Below are positions 1 to 11,070 of a stretch of DNA of 64,000 nt, in pieces. The translations under genes and the position numbers were made by a program. The notes beneath the pieces are model-generated. The model had not been told where the DNA came from. It saw only the letters and a list, made by a program, of their open reading frames with translations, and did no database searches. The stretch's first letter is position 1. Each line of letters begins with the position of its first letter. Location: contig NC_043002.1 in NCBI RefSeq assembly GCF_006345805.1, positions 21,886,001-21,950,000 on the forward strand, written 5' to 3'. This stretch comes from Octopus sinensis (lineage: Eukaryota).

Positions 1-99
1 CTTCAAAATTGCTAAATTCGTGTCTAAATTAGATACATTTATATTATTTTTTTATATTTCGCTTGCTTCACTTGCTCCACGAAGGGTCTTAGACCGAAT

Positions 100-325
100 G
101 TCACCTGATCACGTGACCGACCAGACTGTCGCTGATCACAATGCGCTTTGCATCGTTTTAGCCTTCGGTTGACACTACCCCGATGACTAGACGAGCAGGC
201 TAACACCCCCCACCCTATTCTGATGGAAAAGGGGACTGGAGCAGCGTGAAATAAAGTGTTTTGCTCAAGGACAGAACGCACCGCCCGGTCTGGGAATCGA
301 ACCTGGCCACTAGGCCATGTGTCTT
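100..325 (-). mobile_element. tRNA-derived SINE, CORE/V-type central domain, partial
   Basis: The minus strand reads CACATGGCCTAGTGG..GGTTCGATTCCC (A/B-box-like), then TGTCCTTGAGCAAAACACTTTATTTCACG, a typical SINE core. Confidence 0.6.
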
Positions 326-694
326 CATTAGTTCGAATATACGCATGGAAAAAAAATAAGTTAGAGCGTGCTAAACGGAATATTTGATAGAAGATTGGTA
401 AATACAGAAAATTAAAAAGAAAAAAAAACGTAAAAGTAAAACATCAAATAAGAAACAACGAATGAAAGAAAGAAAGAAAGAAAGAAAGAAAGAGGAAGGA
501 ATGGAAAAAAAAAGGAAGAGAGGAAAGAGGAAAAAGAAGACAACAAATAAATAATCCTTCAAGAAGGCACGAAATCGCGATCGAGGTGGTAAAAATAAAT
601 TTCTGTTAAGTAGAGATGTGGTCGTGTTAAACATCAAGCACTGACATCAGTCGGTTGCCTAGCAACCTTGTATAATCTGGGAAAATTAATCTTT

Positions 695-1005
695 TCTAGT
701 CTAGGCAAGAGGCCTGAAATTTTTGGTGAGGTGGTGCCAGTCGATTAGATCGACCCCAGTACGCAAATGGTACTTAATGGATGAAAGGCAAAGTTGAAAT
801 TCCGCCGAGGTCGACTTTGCCTTTCATCCTTTCGGGGTCGATTAAATAAGTACCATTTACGCACTGGGGTCAATGTAATCGACTTAATCCGTTTGTCTGT
901 CCTTGTTTGTCTCCTCCGTGTGTAGCCCCTTGTGGGCAGTTAAGAAATAGGTACTTAATTTATCGATCCCGAAAGGATGAAAGGCAAAGTCGACCTCGGC
1001 GGACT
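695..1005. mobile_element. Jumbled cluster of SINE family B pieces in both orientations
   Basis: GAGGTCGACTTTGCCTTTCATCCTTTCGGGGTCGAT on plus at about 806-841 and its reverse complement at about 960-1003. Confidence 0.8.
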
Positions 1006-1165
1006 GGGAAAATAAATAATAACGTAACTAATAGATTCTTAATACATTATATACAGATAACAAGCAGTGCTCCAGCATGGGCTTGGTCGTGACAATGAAA
1101 GAGAAAGAGAATGCGTCGGAATACATAACATGAAATAACACAGTATTCGGTGATTAAATTACTAA

Positions 1166-1860
1166 TAATTTAGACATTGGTGCAGGCATGGTTGCGTGGT
1201 AAGGTCTCTGTTTCCTACCAACTTAGGAGTTCAGTTCCACTTGTACCTTGGGTAGATGTGTCTTCTACTATTGCCTTGGGCCTACCAGAACCCTGTGAAT
1301 GGATTTGTGAGACTGAACTGAAGGAAGCTCGTTGTACATACGTACATGTATGCATACATACTAACATACATTCATACATACATAAGCACATATGCACATG
1401 CATACACACATACATGCATACATACACACATACATACACACATACATAAACACATACATACACCCATGCATACATACACAGATGCATACATACGCACATA
1501 CATACATACACACATACATACACACATACACACATGCATACATACGTACACACACACATACATACATACACACATGCATGCATACATACTTACACACATG
1601 CATACACACATACAAATGCATATATACATGCATACATACATATATACATATATACATTGCGTATGTGTTTGCGTGTTGGTGTGTTTGTGTGTGTGTGTGT
1701 ATGTATGTGTATGATTGTTTATGTTTCTGTGTTTGTGTCTGTACCTCTACCACTTGAAAGCGATGTTAGTTTGTTTACGTCCCTCGTAACTTAACAGTTG
1801 GACAAAAGCCATCTATAGAATAAATACCAGATTTAAAAAAACAAAAACAAAAACAGGCGC
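1166..1860 (+). mobile_element. Old SINE family A copy with an expanded internal microsatellite
   Basis: A-box/B-box head, CTTGGG..GTCTTCTACTA core, about 400 bp of (TACA)/(CA)/(TG) repeats, then the family 3' part GTTTACGTCCC..TAACTTA. Confidence 0.7.
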
Positions 1861-2214
1861 AGCACCAACATGCTAGAGATAGACGTTAAATGACTCTAAA
1901 CCACATCGTTTACACACTCCATTAGTACAGTTGAAAGCGAGAAACTGAATAAAGATATTTAGAAAAATATTTTAGAGGCTAATTCTAGATCTAAGATTTC
2001 TGGTTTAGTAATATAAAAATTGTTTTATCTTCGTCGCCTCGTATTTACGTGTGAATATATGTACGCATTCGTATATATATATGCATGTATTTGTACAAGT
2101 TACGCCCTGGGGTCGATGTGATAGACTTAATCCGTTTGTCTGCCCTTGTTTGTCCCCTCTGTGTTTAGCCCCTTGTGGGTAGTAAAGAAATAGGTATAAG
2201 ATACCAAAAGAATA

Positions 2215-2538
2215 TATTAGACTTTACAAGACATTAAAAAACTTTATAAGAAGTGTTGAAAGTGTCGTCCTTCATTTTCAATACATAAGTTGACTCTTCT
2301 ACACATGTTTTGAAATACATCTTGGAGAATCTGACGCGATATGGACCGTGTGAAGGTTACGATTGCGTCATTTAGCCCATGAATGGTTTTCAGGCGATTC
2401 TTGTACACTGATCCTGTACTTGTTCCCCAGAAAAAAATGTCTGGCACTGTTAAATCAGGTGATCTTGGTGGTCAATGTCCCTTCGAAATAATCCGTTCAC
2501 CGAAAAATTCACCTCGAAGATACTTTTTGAACACCCTG
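2215..2538 (-). mobile_element. Internally deleted Tc1/mariner element of DD41D (rosa/Visitor) type
   Basis: TA|CAGGGTGTTCAAAAAGT terminal repeat fused directly to a C-terminal frame: PPRSPDLTVPDIFFWG..VYKNRLKTIHGLNDAI..NMCRRVNLCIENEGRHFQHFL. Confidence 0.7.
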
Positions 2539-2900
2539 TAATAAATAACTCCATGGCGCCACGTGAACAACACATGTAGGGAACAATAGAAGGTGGTGTG
2601 TAGCATGAATGAAGTGAATGATAATATTCTGAGAGGGCGAGGAAGAGGAGAGGAAGAGGGGGAGGGACGTATGTAGGAGGGAGCTTCGGTGCAATGATAT
2701 GAGATACTGAAGAAGCCGAAACTAGAATGAAACGATTGAACGTGGTTGTTTGGTATGACTGACTGACATTGAACTTGTTTTGGCGAAAGTAGGCCTTTGT
2801 AATATAGAAGCAAACATGCACGTGCGGGGGCAGAAATATATGCATACACATAAAGAGAATGGAAGAGTGAGAAGGAGTGAGAGTGAAGAGAGAAAGAGAA

Positions 2901-2953
<53 letters not shown>

Positions 2954-3074
2954 AAGGAGGGAGAGAGACATTACACATAGCCGCAGGCTTGGATGTGTAG
3001 TAAGAGGTGAAAGTGAATCCGGAACCATGTGACTGGGTAGCAAACTTCTTACCACATAGCCACGCATGCACCCA

Positions 3075-3076
3075 CC

Positions 3077-3159
<83 letters not shown>

Positions 3160-3260
3160 CCTATCTAATTATCTATCTAGCTATCTATACGTACATACAC
3201 ACATACATGCATACGTAATACGTAAGTACATACATACATACATACATACATACATACAAA
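3075..3260. repeat. (TCTA)n followed by (TACA)n microsatellites
   Basis: Tandem repeats read directly. Confidence 0.95.
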
Positions 3261-3387
3261 CATACATACCCTGTTATTGATGAAATTCCAATGAAGGAGG
3301 CTTGGATCTAGGTTAGAAACCGCCTCTCTCTCTATTGGCAAGAAATCTTGAAATAAAACTGAACAATGACATACATACATACATGGT

Positions 3388-3946
3388 ATGGTGGCTGTCC
3401 CCTCGTTATCGAGTATGGCTACTGCACGAAGCTTAAACAATGTTGTTATCGTGCAATGCTTGTGCAAGAAGATTTTTTTTAAAGTGGGGAAAGGCTGTGC
3501 ACTGAGTCAATCCCACTCACTAAGCAACAGCAGCCATAATCCGAAAAGAAGAACAAGTCAACATCATCGGTAACCACCGAGCCGCAGGTTTTATGTCGGA
3601 GTTATCCCAGTTATCTGAGTTACATTCTCCTAGAAGGATGCCCTAACAAAGGCTAGGAGTCCTTCACTCCCAATGGTTTAACCGCGCGATCGGGCATTCA
3701 ATCCGATTATTTCTATGTCCCCGCGCATGATCCAGCCTTAAGACATTTATTGGATGGCCATTGACTCTCAAGAGTTCCTCCGCCCTTTGACGGGTTTTGT
3801 TTTTCATCCCGCAGGGTGTCCAATAAACACCCTCCTCACCAAGCAAGCTTGGTGGGGTTGCCGGTTTAGTCGCCGACGACCCGACCATGCAACAGGTTGT
3901 ACTGGGTTACATGTTACTAGTAGCACTCAAAAGTGACCTGACACCA
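3388..3946 (-). mobile_element. Non-coding retroposon embedded in (TACA)n, longer copy; probably a non-autonomous RTE derivative
   Basis: 3388-3770 is highly similar to 47768-48149. It is flanked by (TACA)n on both sides, and its minus-strand 3' end resembles the RTE 3' end at about 22765-22797. Confidence 0.6.
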
Positions 3947-3972
3947 CATACATACATACATACATACATACA

Positions 3973-4004
<32 letters not shown>

Positions 4005-4290
4005 AACCTACGCAGTAGACATCAACAAAAGCATAGCAAATTTAACTATTTCTCCATAGATTGTTAAAATGACGAACAAACCAAATCAGAGGTATCTACA
4101 TCACTTGACCAACGCTAGAGAAACAATAAGCATGGCTGTGTAGTTAAGAAGCTTACTTCGCAAGTATGTGATCTTGGTTTCAGTCTCACTGCGCGTCACC
4201 TTGGGCAAGTGAATTCTACTATAGGTTCGGGTCAATCAAATCCTCGTGAGTGGATTTGGTATATAGAAACTGAAGGAAGTTTGTCATATA

Positions 4291-4674
4291 GGCGCAGGAG
4301 TGGCTGTGTGGTGAGTAGCTTGCTAACCAACCACATGGTTCCGGGTTCAGTCCCACTGCGTAGCATCTTGGGCAAGTGTCTTCTGCTATAGCCCCGGGCT
4401 GACCAATGCCTTGTGAGTGGATTTGGTAGACGGAAACTGAAAGAAACCCGTCGTATATATGTATGTGTGTGTTTGTGTGTCTGTGTTTGTCCCTCTAGCA
4501 TTGCTTGACAACCGATGTTGGTGTGTTTACGTCCCCGTCACTTAGCGGTTCGGCAAAATAGACTGATAGAGTAAGTACTGGGCTTACAAAGAATAAGTCC
4601 CGGGGTAGATTTGCTCGGCTAAAGGCGGTGCTCCAGCATGGCCGCAGTCAAATGACTGAAACAAGTAAAAGAGT
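4291..4674 (+). mobile_element. Young full-length SINE family A
   Basis: GGCGCAGGAGTGGCTGTGTGGT (A box) .. GGTTCAGTCCC (B box) .. internal TATG/TG tract .. AATGACTGAAACAAGTAAAAGAGT tail; near-identical to other copies in the window. Confidence 0.9.
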
Positions 4675-5451
4675 ATGTTTGTGTGTGTTTATGAAATATG
4701 TATCTATATGTGTCCGGGTTCGGACCCACTGCGTGGCACCCTGGGCAAGTGTCTTTTACTATAGCCTCGGGCTGACCAAAACATTGAGTGGATTTAGAAG
4801 ACGGAAACTGAAAGAAGCCCATCGTATACGTGTATATGTGTATGTCTGCGTACGTGTGTGTGTGTGTGTGTGTGCGTGTATGCGCACGTATTTGTGTGCG
4901 TGTGTGTCTCTTTCTGTTTGTGTTTGATCCTACTACCGTTTGACAACCGGTCCTGGTGTATATATGTCCCCGTAACCTAACGGTTCGGCAAAAAACACTG
5001 GCTGTATAAGAAGCAAGTAAAAAAAATAGGTGCTGGAATCGATATGTTTGACCAAAAATTCTTCAAAGGGGTGCTCCAGCATGACCGCAGTCTAATGAAA
5101 AAGAAAAGAAAAAGAATCTCTGTTATACAACGTATAATTAACTGGGACTGTTTTCTCATTTATGACGTATAATTAATTAAGACTGTTATCTATCTTCTTT
5201 AGGAAAACTGATTATAATCGTATCCATGATATTTTGCTTCTATTTGTTTATGGTTAAAAAGCAGTTTTTTTCTGCTCTAAATAATTTATTCAAATGAATT
5301 AATTCCTCTCACATATCTATACATTGTACTTTAATAAGTAGAAACATTCTTCTTTTGAATAAACTTTCTAAATCATGGCGGTAGGTAGTACTCTATTGAT
5401 ACGTTGGCTAGTGTCTGTCTCTATGTATGTATGTATGTATGTATGTATGTG

Positions 5452-5760
5452 CAGGCGCATGACTTCGTAGTTACGGTATTCGGCTCACGGCTGTAAGCTC
5501 GTGAGTTCAATTCCTGATGAGGTGTTTTGCCTTTAAATAAGACACTATTTCCCGTTGCTCTAGTTTACCCAGTTGTCAAAATTGAGCTGTACCTGTATTT
5601 CAAAGGGCCAGCCATATCACATTCTAATTCATGTTCCATCTCCAAGAGAACTACGTTTAGGATATGCGTGATTGTAGTGTGCTCAGCCACTTGCACGTTA
5701 AATTCACGAGCAGGCTATTCGTTTGGGAACACTCCTCGTGGTAACCGACGGAGTGCAAGT
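5452..5760 (+). mobile_element. tRNA-derived SINE, CORE-like family E
   Basis: tRNA-like head (GAGTTCAATTCC) plus AAGACACT-ATTTC-CGTTGCTC core; paralogue at 12555-12868 on minus. Confidence 0.7.
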
Positions 5761-5907
5761 ATGTATGCATATATGTGAGTATATATGTGTGTATGTATGC
5801 ATGTATGTGTGTGTGGGGGGGTATGTATAAAAATGTATGTATATATATATTCATATATATATATATATATATTCACATATATATATATATATGAATATAT
5901 ATATATT

Positions 5908-5941
<34 letters not shown>

Positions 5942-5989
5942 TATATATATTATATATATTCACATATATATATATGAATATATATATAT

Positions 5990-6055
<66 letters not shown>

Positions 6056-6150
6056 TATATATATATATATATATATATTCATATATATATTCACAAATAT
6101 TTTATATATCTATATAATATATATATATTATATATACACACACACACACA

Positions 6151-6215
<65 letters not shown>

Positions 6216-6402
6216 TCACAAATATTTTATATATCTATATAATATATATATATTATATATACACACACAACACACAACACACACACACACACACATAATA
6301 TATATATATATATATAGGTAAACAGTAAAATTAATTACAGACATGGACAAGAACATGAAACACCACAGAGACGACACAAGAACCACAGGACGGGACATTC
6401 GA

Positions 6403-6469
6403 AGCCCTCAGTCATCAGTCAAGAACCAGATCATCTTAGCAATTTCGGCTGATTAATCTTGAGATTGCT
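6403..6469 (-). ncRNA. Predicted hammerhead ribozyme, non-circularly permuted, copy 1
   Basis: Minus strand: AGCAAU-C/UCAAGA .. AGCC-GAAA-UUGCU .. UCUUGA-CUGAUGA-(CUGAG)-GGCU. Stems I and III are 6 bp each and abut the invariant core exactly. Confidence 0.65.
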
Positions 6470-7174
6470 CCGATATGGCCAGCCCGCCAAGGGAAATCTA
6501 AGCCAAGCGCATTAGATCCCCTGGAAGAAAGCTTCGAATGTATACAACGAAAGGACGGAAAACGATCGAAGTACACAAACAAAAATACAGAATACGTGAC
6601 ACAATAAGAATACAAAAACGTAAAAACAATAACGGTAAAAATAAAAAATAAACAACAAAACAAACCAGGACGTAGGACAAGGGTCTTTCGACAGGACGAT
6701 TTGAGTAGGGGCTGGCTTGTGAAGTTGTGCCTAAAGGCCACGGGGAGACGAACAAATACGTGTTGCTTCTGAGGCTGCTGAAAACGAAAAGAGCACTCAA
6801 CAGCGGCTAGCTGTCACGTGAGAACAAAAGACAGGAGAAAGGGACAGATGAAAAGGGAGAGGTGGACGAGGGAGGAGAAGAAAGAGACAGATCGAGGGGG
6901 CTGGAGGTGAGAGAGATAGAGAAACGTAGAAAGGGGGGGGACGGATGGAGAGGGAAAGAAAGGAAGTGGAATAAGGGAGGAGAGAGAGAGAGAGAAAAAG
7001 AGACAGATTAAGAGTCGTATCAAAGCTTGAGAAAAAAATATACTTATCGTATAAGGACAATTGTGGATACGTAGCCGCCGATTATATAGGTAAACAGTAA
7101 AATTAATTACAGACATGGACAAGAACATGAAACACCACAGAGACGACACAAGAACCACAGGACGGGACATTCGA

Positions 7175-7241
7175 AGCCCTCAGTCATCAGTCAAGAACCA
7201 GATCATCTTAGCAATTTCGGCTGATTAATCTTGAGATTGCT
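7175..7241 (-). ncRNA. Predicted hammerhead ribozyme, non-circularly permuted, copy 2
   Basis: Identical to 6403-6469 at an offset of 772 nt. Confidence 0.65.
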
Positions 7242-7490
7242 CCGATATGGCCAGCCCGCCAAGGGAAATCTAAGCCAAGCGCATTAGATCCCCTGGAAGA
7301 AAGCTTCGAATGTATACAACGAAAGGACGGAAAACGATCGAAGTACACAAACAAAAATACAGAATACGTGACACCAATAAGAATACAAAAACGTAAAAAC
7401 AATAACGGTAAAAATAAAAAATAAACAACAATATATATATATATATATACATATATATACTCAAACTAAGCAACAAGAATATCTTCGGTA

Positions 7491-7580
7491 ATTTGGTACG
7501 ATCGTTTCATGCTACATTAGTTTATTAAACATTGTAAGTATTACATCAGTTTTAAAATGTTGAGCAATCTTCAGCCATTC
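7491..7580 (-). ncRNA. Type I hammerhead ribozyme motif with extended stem II (Penelope-type)
   Basis: UGG-CUGAAGA-U-UGCU..AGCA-U-GAAAC-GAUC-GUA/CCA; palindromic stem III. Confidence 0.65.
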
Positions 7581-8114
7581 ATAGAGGTTTTCCATCAATA
7601 CATATACTTGTTTCCATGTCAATTGCCAACATTATAAAGAGGGTAGATATACAGACAGAGAGGCTGATTTGTTTGTTAAGAACATTATAGTGTTAGAATT
7701 TATCTTCTGACTGTAGATTTTTCTTGTAGCTTTTTCGATCTGCTAGTGAGGAGGGATTAGAAATGCGTTCGCTTTATAGAAGGGATGAACCGGAAGTCCC
7801 TGACTTTCACATCATCCGGAAGTTAAATGAAAGCTTCTAGAACATCCGAGAATTTTCGAGAAGGTCGAGTGAGTTTACTCTCGTTAGATCCCTTTTTCGT
7901 TTTGCTTTCCTGCTAGACCGCCAGGGGTCACTACAGGTATATGTCAATTATTGTTTTGATGTGTTGAGCAAAGGACTGGTACGGTCTGGGCTACCTGGTT
8001 TCATCCGCAGCTGGGGTATATCCCGTCAGATCTACTTCAGGAATTCCGCAGTATTAGTTGATATAATAATTAATTAAGTGACCAGGAGATGGATTTGGTA
8101 TTAGTTTTTATTTT

Positions 8115-8218
8115 GTCCGATGATCGTTTCGACCCATCCTGTTACTACTCATTATGAGCAGGATTCCGTCCATCATGTTGTGTTGCATTCAATTTGCAGT
8201 CTGGGTCGCATGAGGTAC
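8115..8218 (-). ncRNA. Decayed type I hammerhead motif
   Basis: CUCAUGC (two mismatches to CUGAUGA)-GACCCA..UGGGUC-GAAAC-GAUC-AUC/GGAC. Confidence 0.4.
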
Positions 8219-8715
8219 ATCTATTCATAAAGTGGTGTCTCGCTAAAGAACTTGAGTTTGGGCGGTCAAGTTGTTATTTCCCTGTCGAGTAAAGTAGCTC
8301 TAAAAGAGATAAAAGTAGGGACTATATTGAGAAGAAATGTTTATCGCCACATCAGCACGGCTACTCGACGTTACTGTCGTTTTTGACTTTCATCTCTTAT
8401 AGAAATTTTCAGACTAGCTACTTTGCTTGTTGCAAAATCAGTGATTGATTGCCGCTTGTTTTTCTATGCGTTGGAAGCTGGAGCGGATTATTGCTATCTT
8501 TAGCGGATGTGTGTCCACTGCTTAAGATGAACACAAATAGCTCGAAGCCGTACGGTCTGGTGATCCCTGTGGTCTACTAGAAGATGATAGGGGTTCGCTT
8601 CCCTCCTTGTAATATATACCAGGTGCAGAATGCATCGATAACCAGCTGGAGGTGGCTTTTGCTGGGGTTCATAGCGATAGAAACATCGGACAGTCATATT
8701 CATGTGGCAATAAAC

Positions 8716-8800
<85 letters not shown>

Positions 8801-8974
8801 ACACAAGCATTTAAAAAAACAAGAAAATACACAGGTGGATCAATGTAAGCAAACCTTTACACGTACACACACATATATAAATATAAATACACACACACAT
8901 ACACGCACGTATTCAAACCGACACACAACCGCTTATACATAAATACACAAACTCCCGCACACGTACAGATATAC

Positions 8975-9500
8975 GTTCTGAATTCAAATTCCGCCGAGGT
9001 CGACTTTGCCTTTCGTCCTTTCGGGGTTGATAAATTAAGTACCAGTTGCGTACTGGGATCGACCTAATCGACTGGTCCCATCCATCAAAATTTCAGGCCT
9101 TGTGCCTAGACTAGAAACAAAATATAAATATTATAAAGGCGGCGAGCTGGCAGAATCGTTAGCACGCCGGGCGAAATGCCTAGCGATATTTCGTCTGCCG
9201 CTATGTTCAATTCCGCCGAGGTCGACTTTGTTTTTCATCCTTTCGGGGTCGATTAAATAAGTACCAGTTAATCCGTTTGTCTGTCCTTGTTTGTCCTCTC
9301 TGTGTTTAACCCCTTGTGGGTAGTAAAGAAATAGGTATTTCGTCTGTCTTTACGTTCTAAGTTCAAATTCCGCCGAGGTCGATTTTGCCTTTCATCCTTT
9401 CGGGGTCGATAAAATAAGTAGCAGTCGAGCGCTGAGGTCGATGTAACCGATTTAGCCCCTACTCCGAAACAACTGACCTTGTGCCAAACTTTGAATCCAA
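8975..9500 (+). mobile_element. SINE family B, partial copy plus head-(unit)2 multimer
   Basis: Head GGCGGCGAGCTGGCAGAA..TTAGCAC at about 9138; repeated GTTCAAATTCCGCCGAGGTCGA..CATCCTTTCGGGGTCGAT units. Confidence 0.85.
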
Positions 9501-9559
9501 TTACATATTACATGAAAAGGGCAAAAAGAAATAATAAGATATAAAACAATAATATAATG

Positions 9560-9750
9560 GATATCTTATTTCTTTATAGCCCACAAGGGGCTAAACATAG
9601 AGGGGACAAACAAGGATTACATCGACTCCAGTGCGTAACTGGTACTTAATTTATCGACGCCGAAAGGATGAAAGGTAAAGTCGACCTCGGCGGAATTTGA
9701 ACTCAGCATTTCGCCTTGTGTGCTAACGTTTCTGCCAGCTCATCGCCTTC
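9560..9750 (-). mobile_element. SINE family B
   Basis: Reverse complement of the family B consensus seen elsewhere in the window. Confidence 0.8.
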
Positions 9751-9877
9751 TTACTATCTAGTATAATGACTATTTAGTATCCATTAACAGATAGCTAAAT
9801 TGATAGACGTGCATGCACACATATCTACATGTATGCTTGTATACATACATACATACATATATATATTATATATATAA

Positions 9878-9915
<38 letters not shown>

Positions 9916-9916
<1 letters not shown>

Positions 9917-11066
9917 TAGCAGTATCGCCCGGCGTTGCTCGGGTTGTAAGGGAAATAACTATATAAGCATTTTTAGAGAGTTATAGCCAAAAAATAGCAA
10001 AAAAATGCATTAAAAATTGAAAAAAGATTAAGGTAAATTTTTCTTTAAATCGTTGACACATCGTAGATATTTTTAGAGAGTACTTCCCTTATAAAAAGCG
10101 AAAAAAATGCATTAAAATGGAAAAATATGATCGTAATTTTTTTTTAAATCGTAGACTCATCGTAGAGGCGCGCTAATACCCTGAAGGGGCTCGTTTGTTA
10201 TTCTGGTAACTTTCTGTAAAATTATTAAAATTTTGTTCAAGACATCGCTATAGAAAATGGGTTATTAGCTAATATTCAATTGGGTATACAACAAAATTTT
10301 ACGATAGAATTTGTTATTCTGGGTAACTTTCTGTAAAATTATTAAAATTTTGTTCAAACATCGCTATAGAAAATGGGTTATTAGCTAATATTCAATTGGG
10401 TATACAACAAAATTTTACGATAATTTGTTTATTCTGGGTAACTTTCTGATACCCATAATAATATTTATGGCAAAATAGGCCTTAATTTCATTTAAGGTTG
10501 TGGGAATAACAAACTATCGTTTCTTTCGTTTTGTTTACGTTTAGCGTAACAGTTCGTTTCTGCCGTAATGATTTCAAATGGGCTCATTCGAAAAAGTAAA
10601 TAGAAATAGTGTAAGGCTTTACTCTTCTGGGAAAGTCTGTGGCTTGGTGCAGTTTCTTCAGAAAAATCACCGAAAGAAACAGTTTTTAAATTTTCACTCC
10701 ATTCAGGTGCTAATTCGTGTTCTTAATCGCTGTCGGATTCACTGTTTTCACTTTAATAGCTGCCAACTTGCAAAGACAAAGGAGGAGAGGGTGATAGCGT
10801 CAGTGAACAATTCGCTCCCTTTGTGTGTGTGTGCGTTTGCGTGTGGTGTAAACCAGACTAAGAAAAGCATTTGACACACACACCAGAATGTGATTTTTCT
10901 GTAAATTTTGCTTAATTGGAGTTTAAATTTTAAAAACTGGACCTGGCATGACGCGATGCATTGTACTCTTAAAACTGCTAGGTAAATTGTAATTGAAGAT
11001 CCTATATTGTAGATTTGTATAACTCCCAAGGGAGGCAGATAAAATCTGCCTTTTTATAATAAGAGA
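9916..11066 (-). mobile_element. Non-autonomous Helitron, copy 1
   Basis: Minus strand starts A|TCTCTT.., ends with the hairpin CCCGAGCAACGCCGGG and then CTAG|T; no TSD; carries one extra copy of an internal unit of about 121 bp. Confidence 0.88.
10440..10710 (-). pseudogene. piggyBac (PGBD4-like) transposase fragment captured inside Helitron copy 1
   Basis: Same fragment as 28075-28354: ..PTTLNEIKAYFAINIIMGIRKLPRIT. Confidence 0.7.
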
Positions 11067-11070
11067 TATA

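Larger units (their letters stand above)
4005..5760 (+). repeat. Left arm of an inverted segmental duplication (partner 12555-14310)
   Basis: Collinear reverse-complement match that includes non-SINE sequence, e.g. 5110-5420 versus 13200-13510. Confidence 0.92.
6316..7431 (-). mobile_element. Non-coding element with 343-bp terminal direct repeats, retrozyme or Penelope pseudo-LTR-like
   Basis: 6316-6658 and 7088-7431 differ by a single 1-nt indel as far as I can read. The 429-bp middle is purine-rich on plus with no credible ORF; (TA)n flanks both sides. Confidence 0.8.

Noticed and set aside
74-105. Hammerhead-like GGTC-TTA-GACC-GAA motif
   Set aside because: Both the CUGANGA and GAAAC cores are broken and there is no stem I.
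6385-6424. Ordinary type I hammerhead reading CUGAUGA..CGAA-UGUCCC-GUC
   Set aside because: No A15.1, no stem III and no stem I in that register; the permuted register pairs perfectly instead.
6316-7431. LTR retrotransposon or TRIM
   Set aside because: No TG..CA termini, primer-binding site, polypurine tract at the expected position or 4-6 bp TSD.
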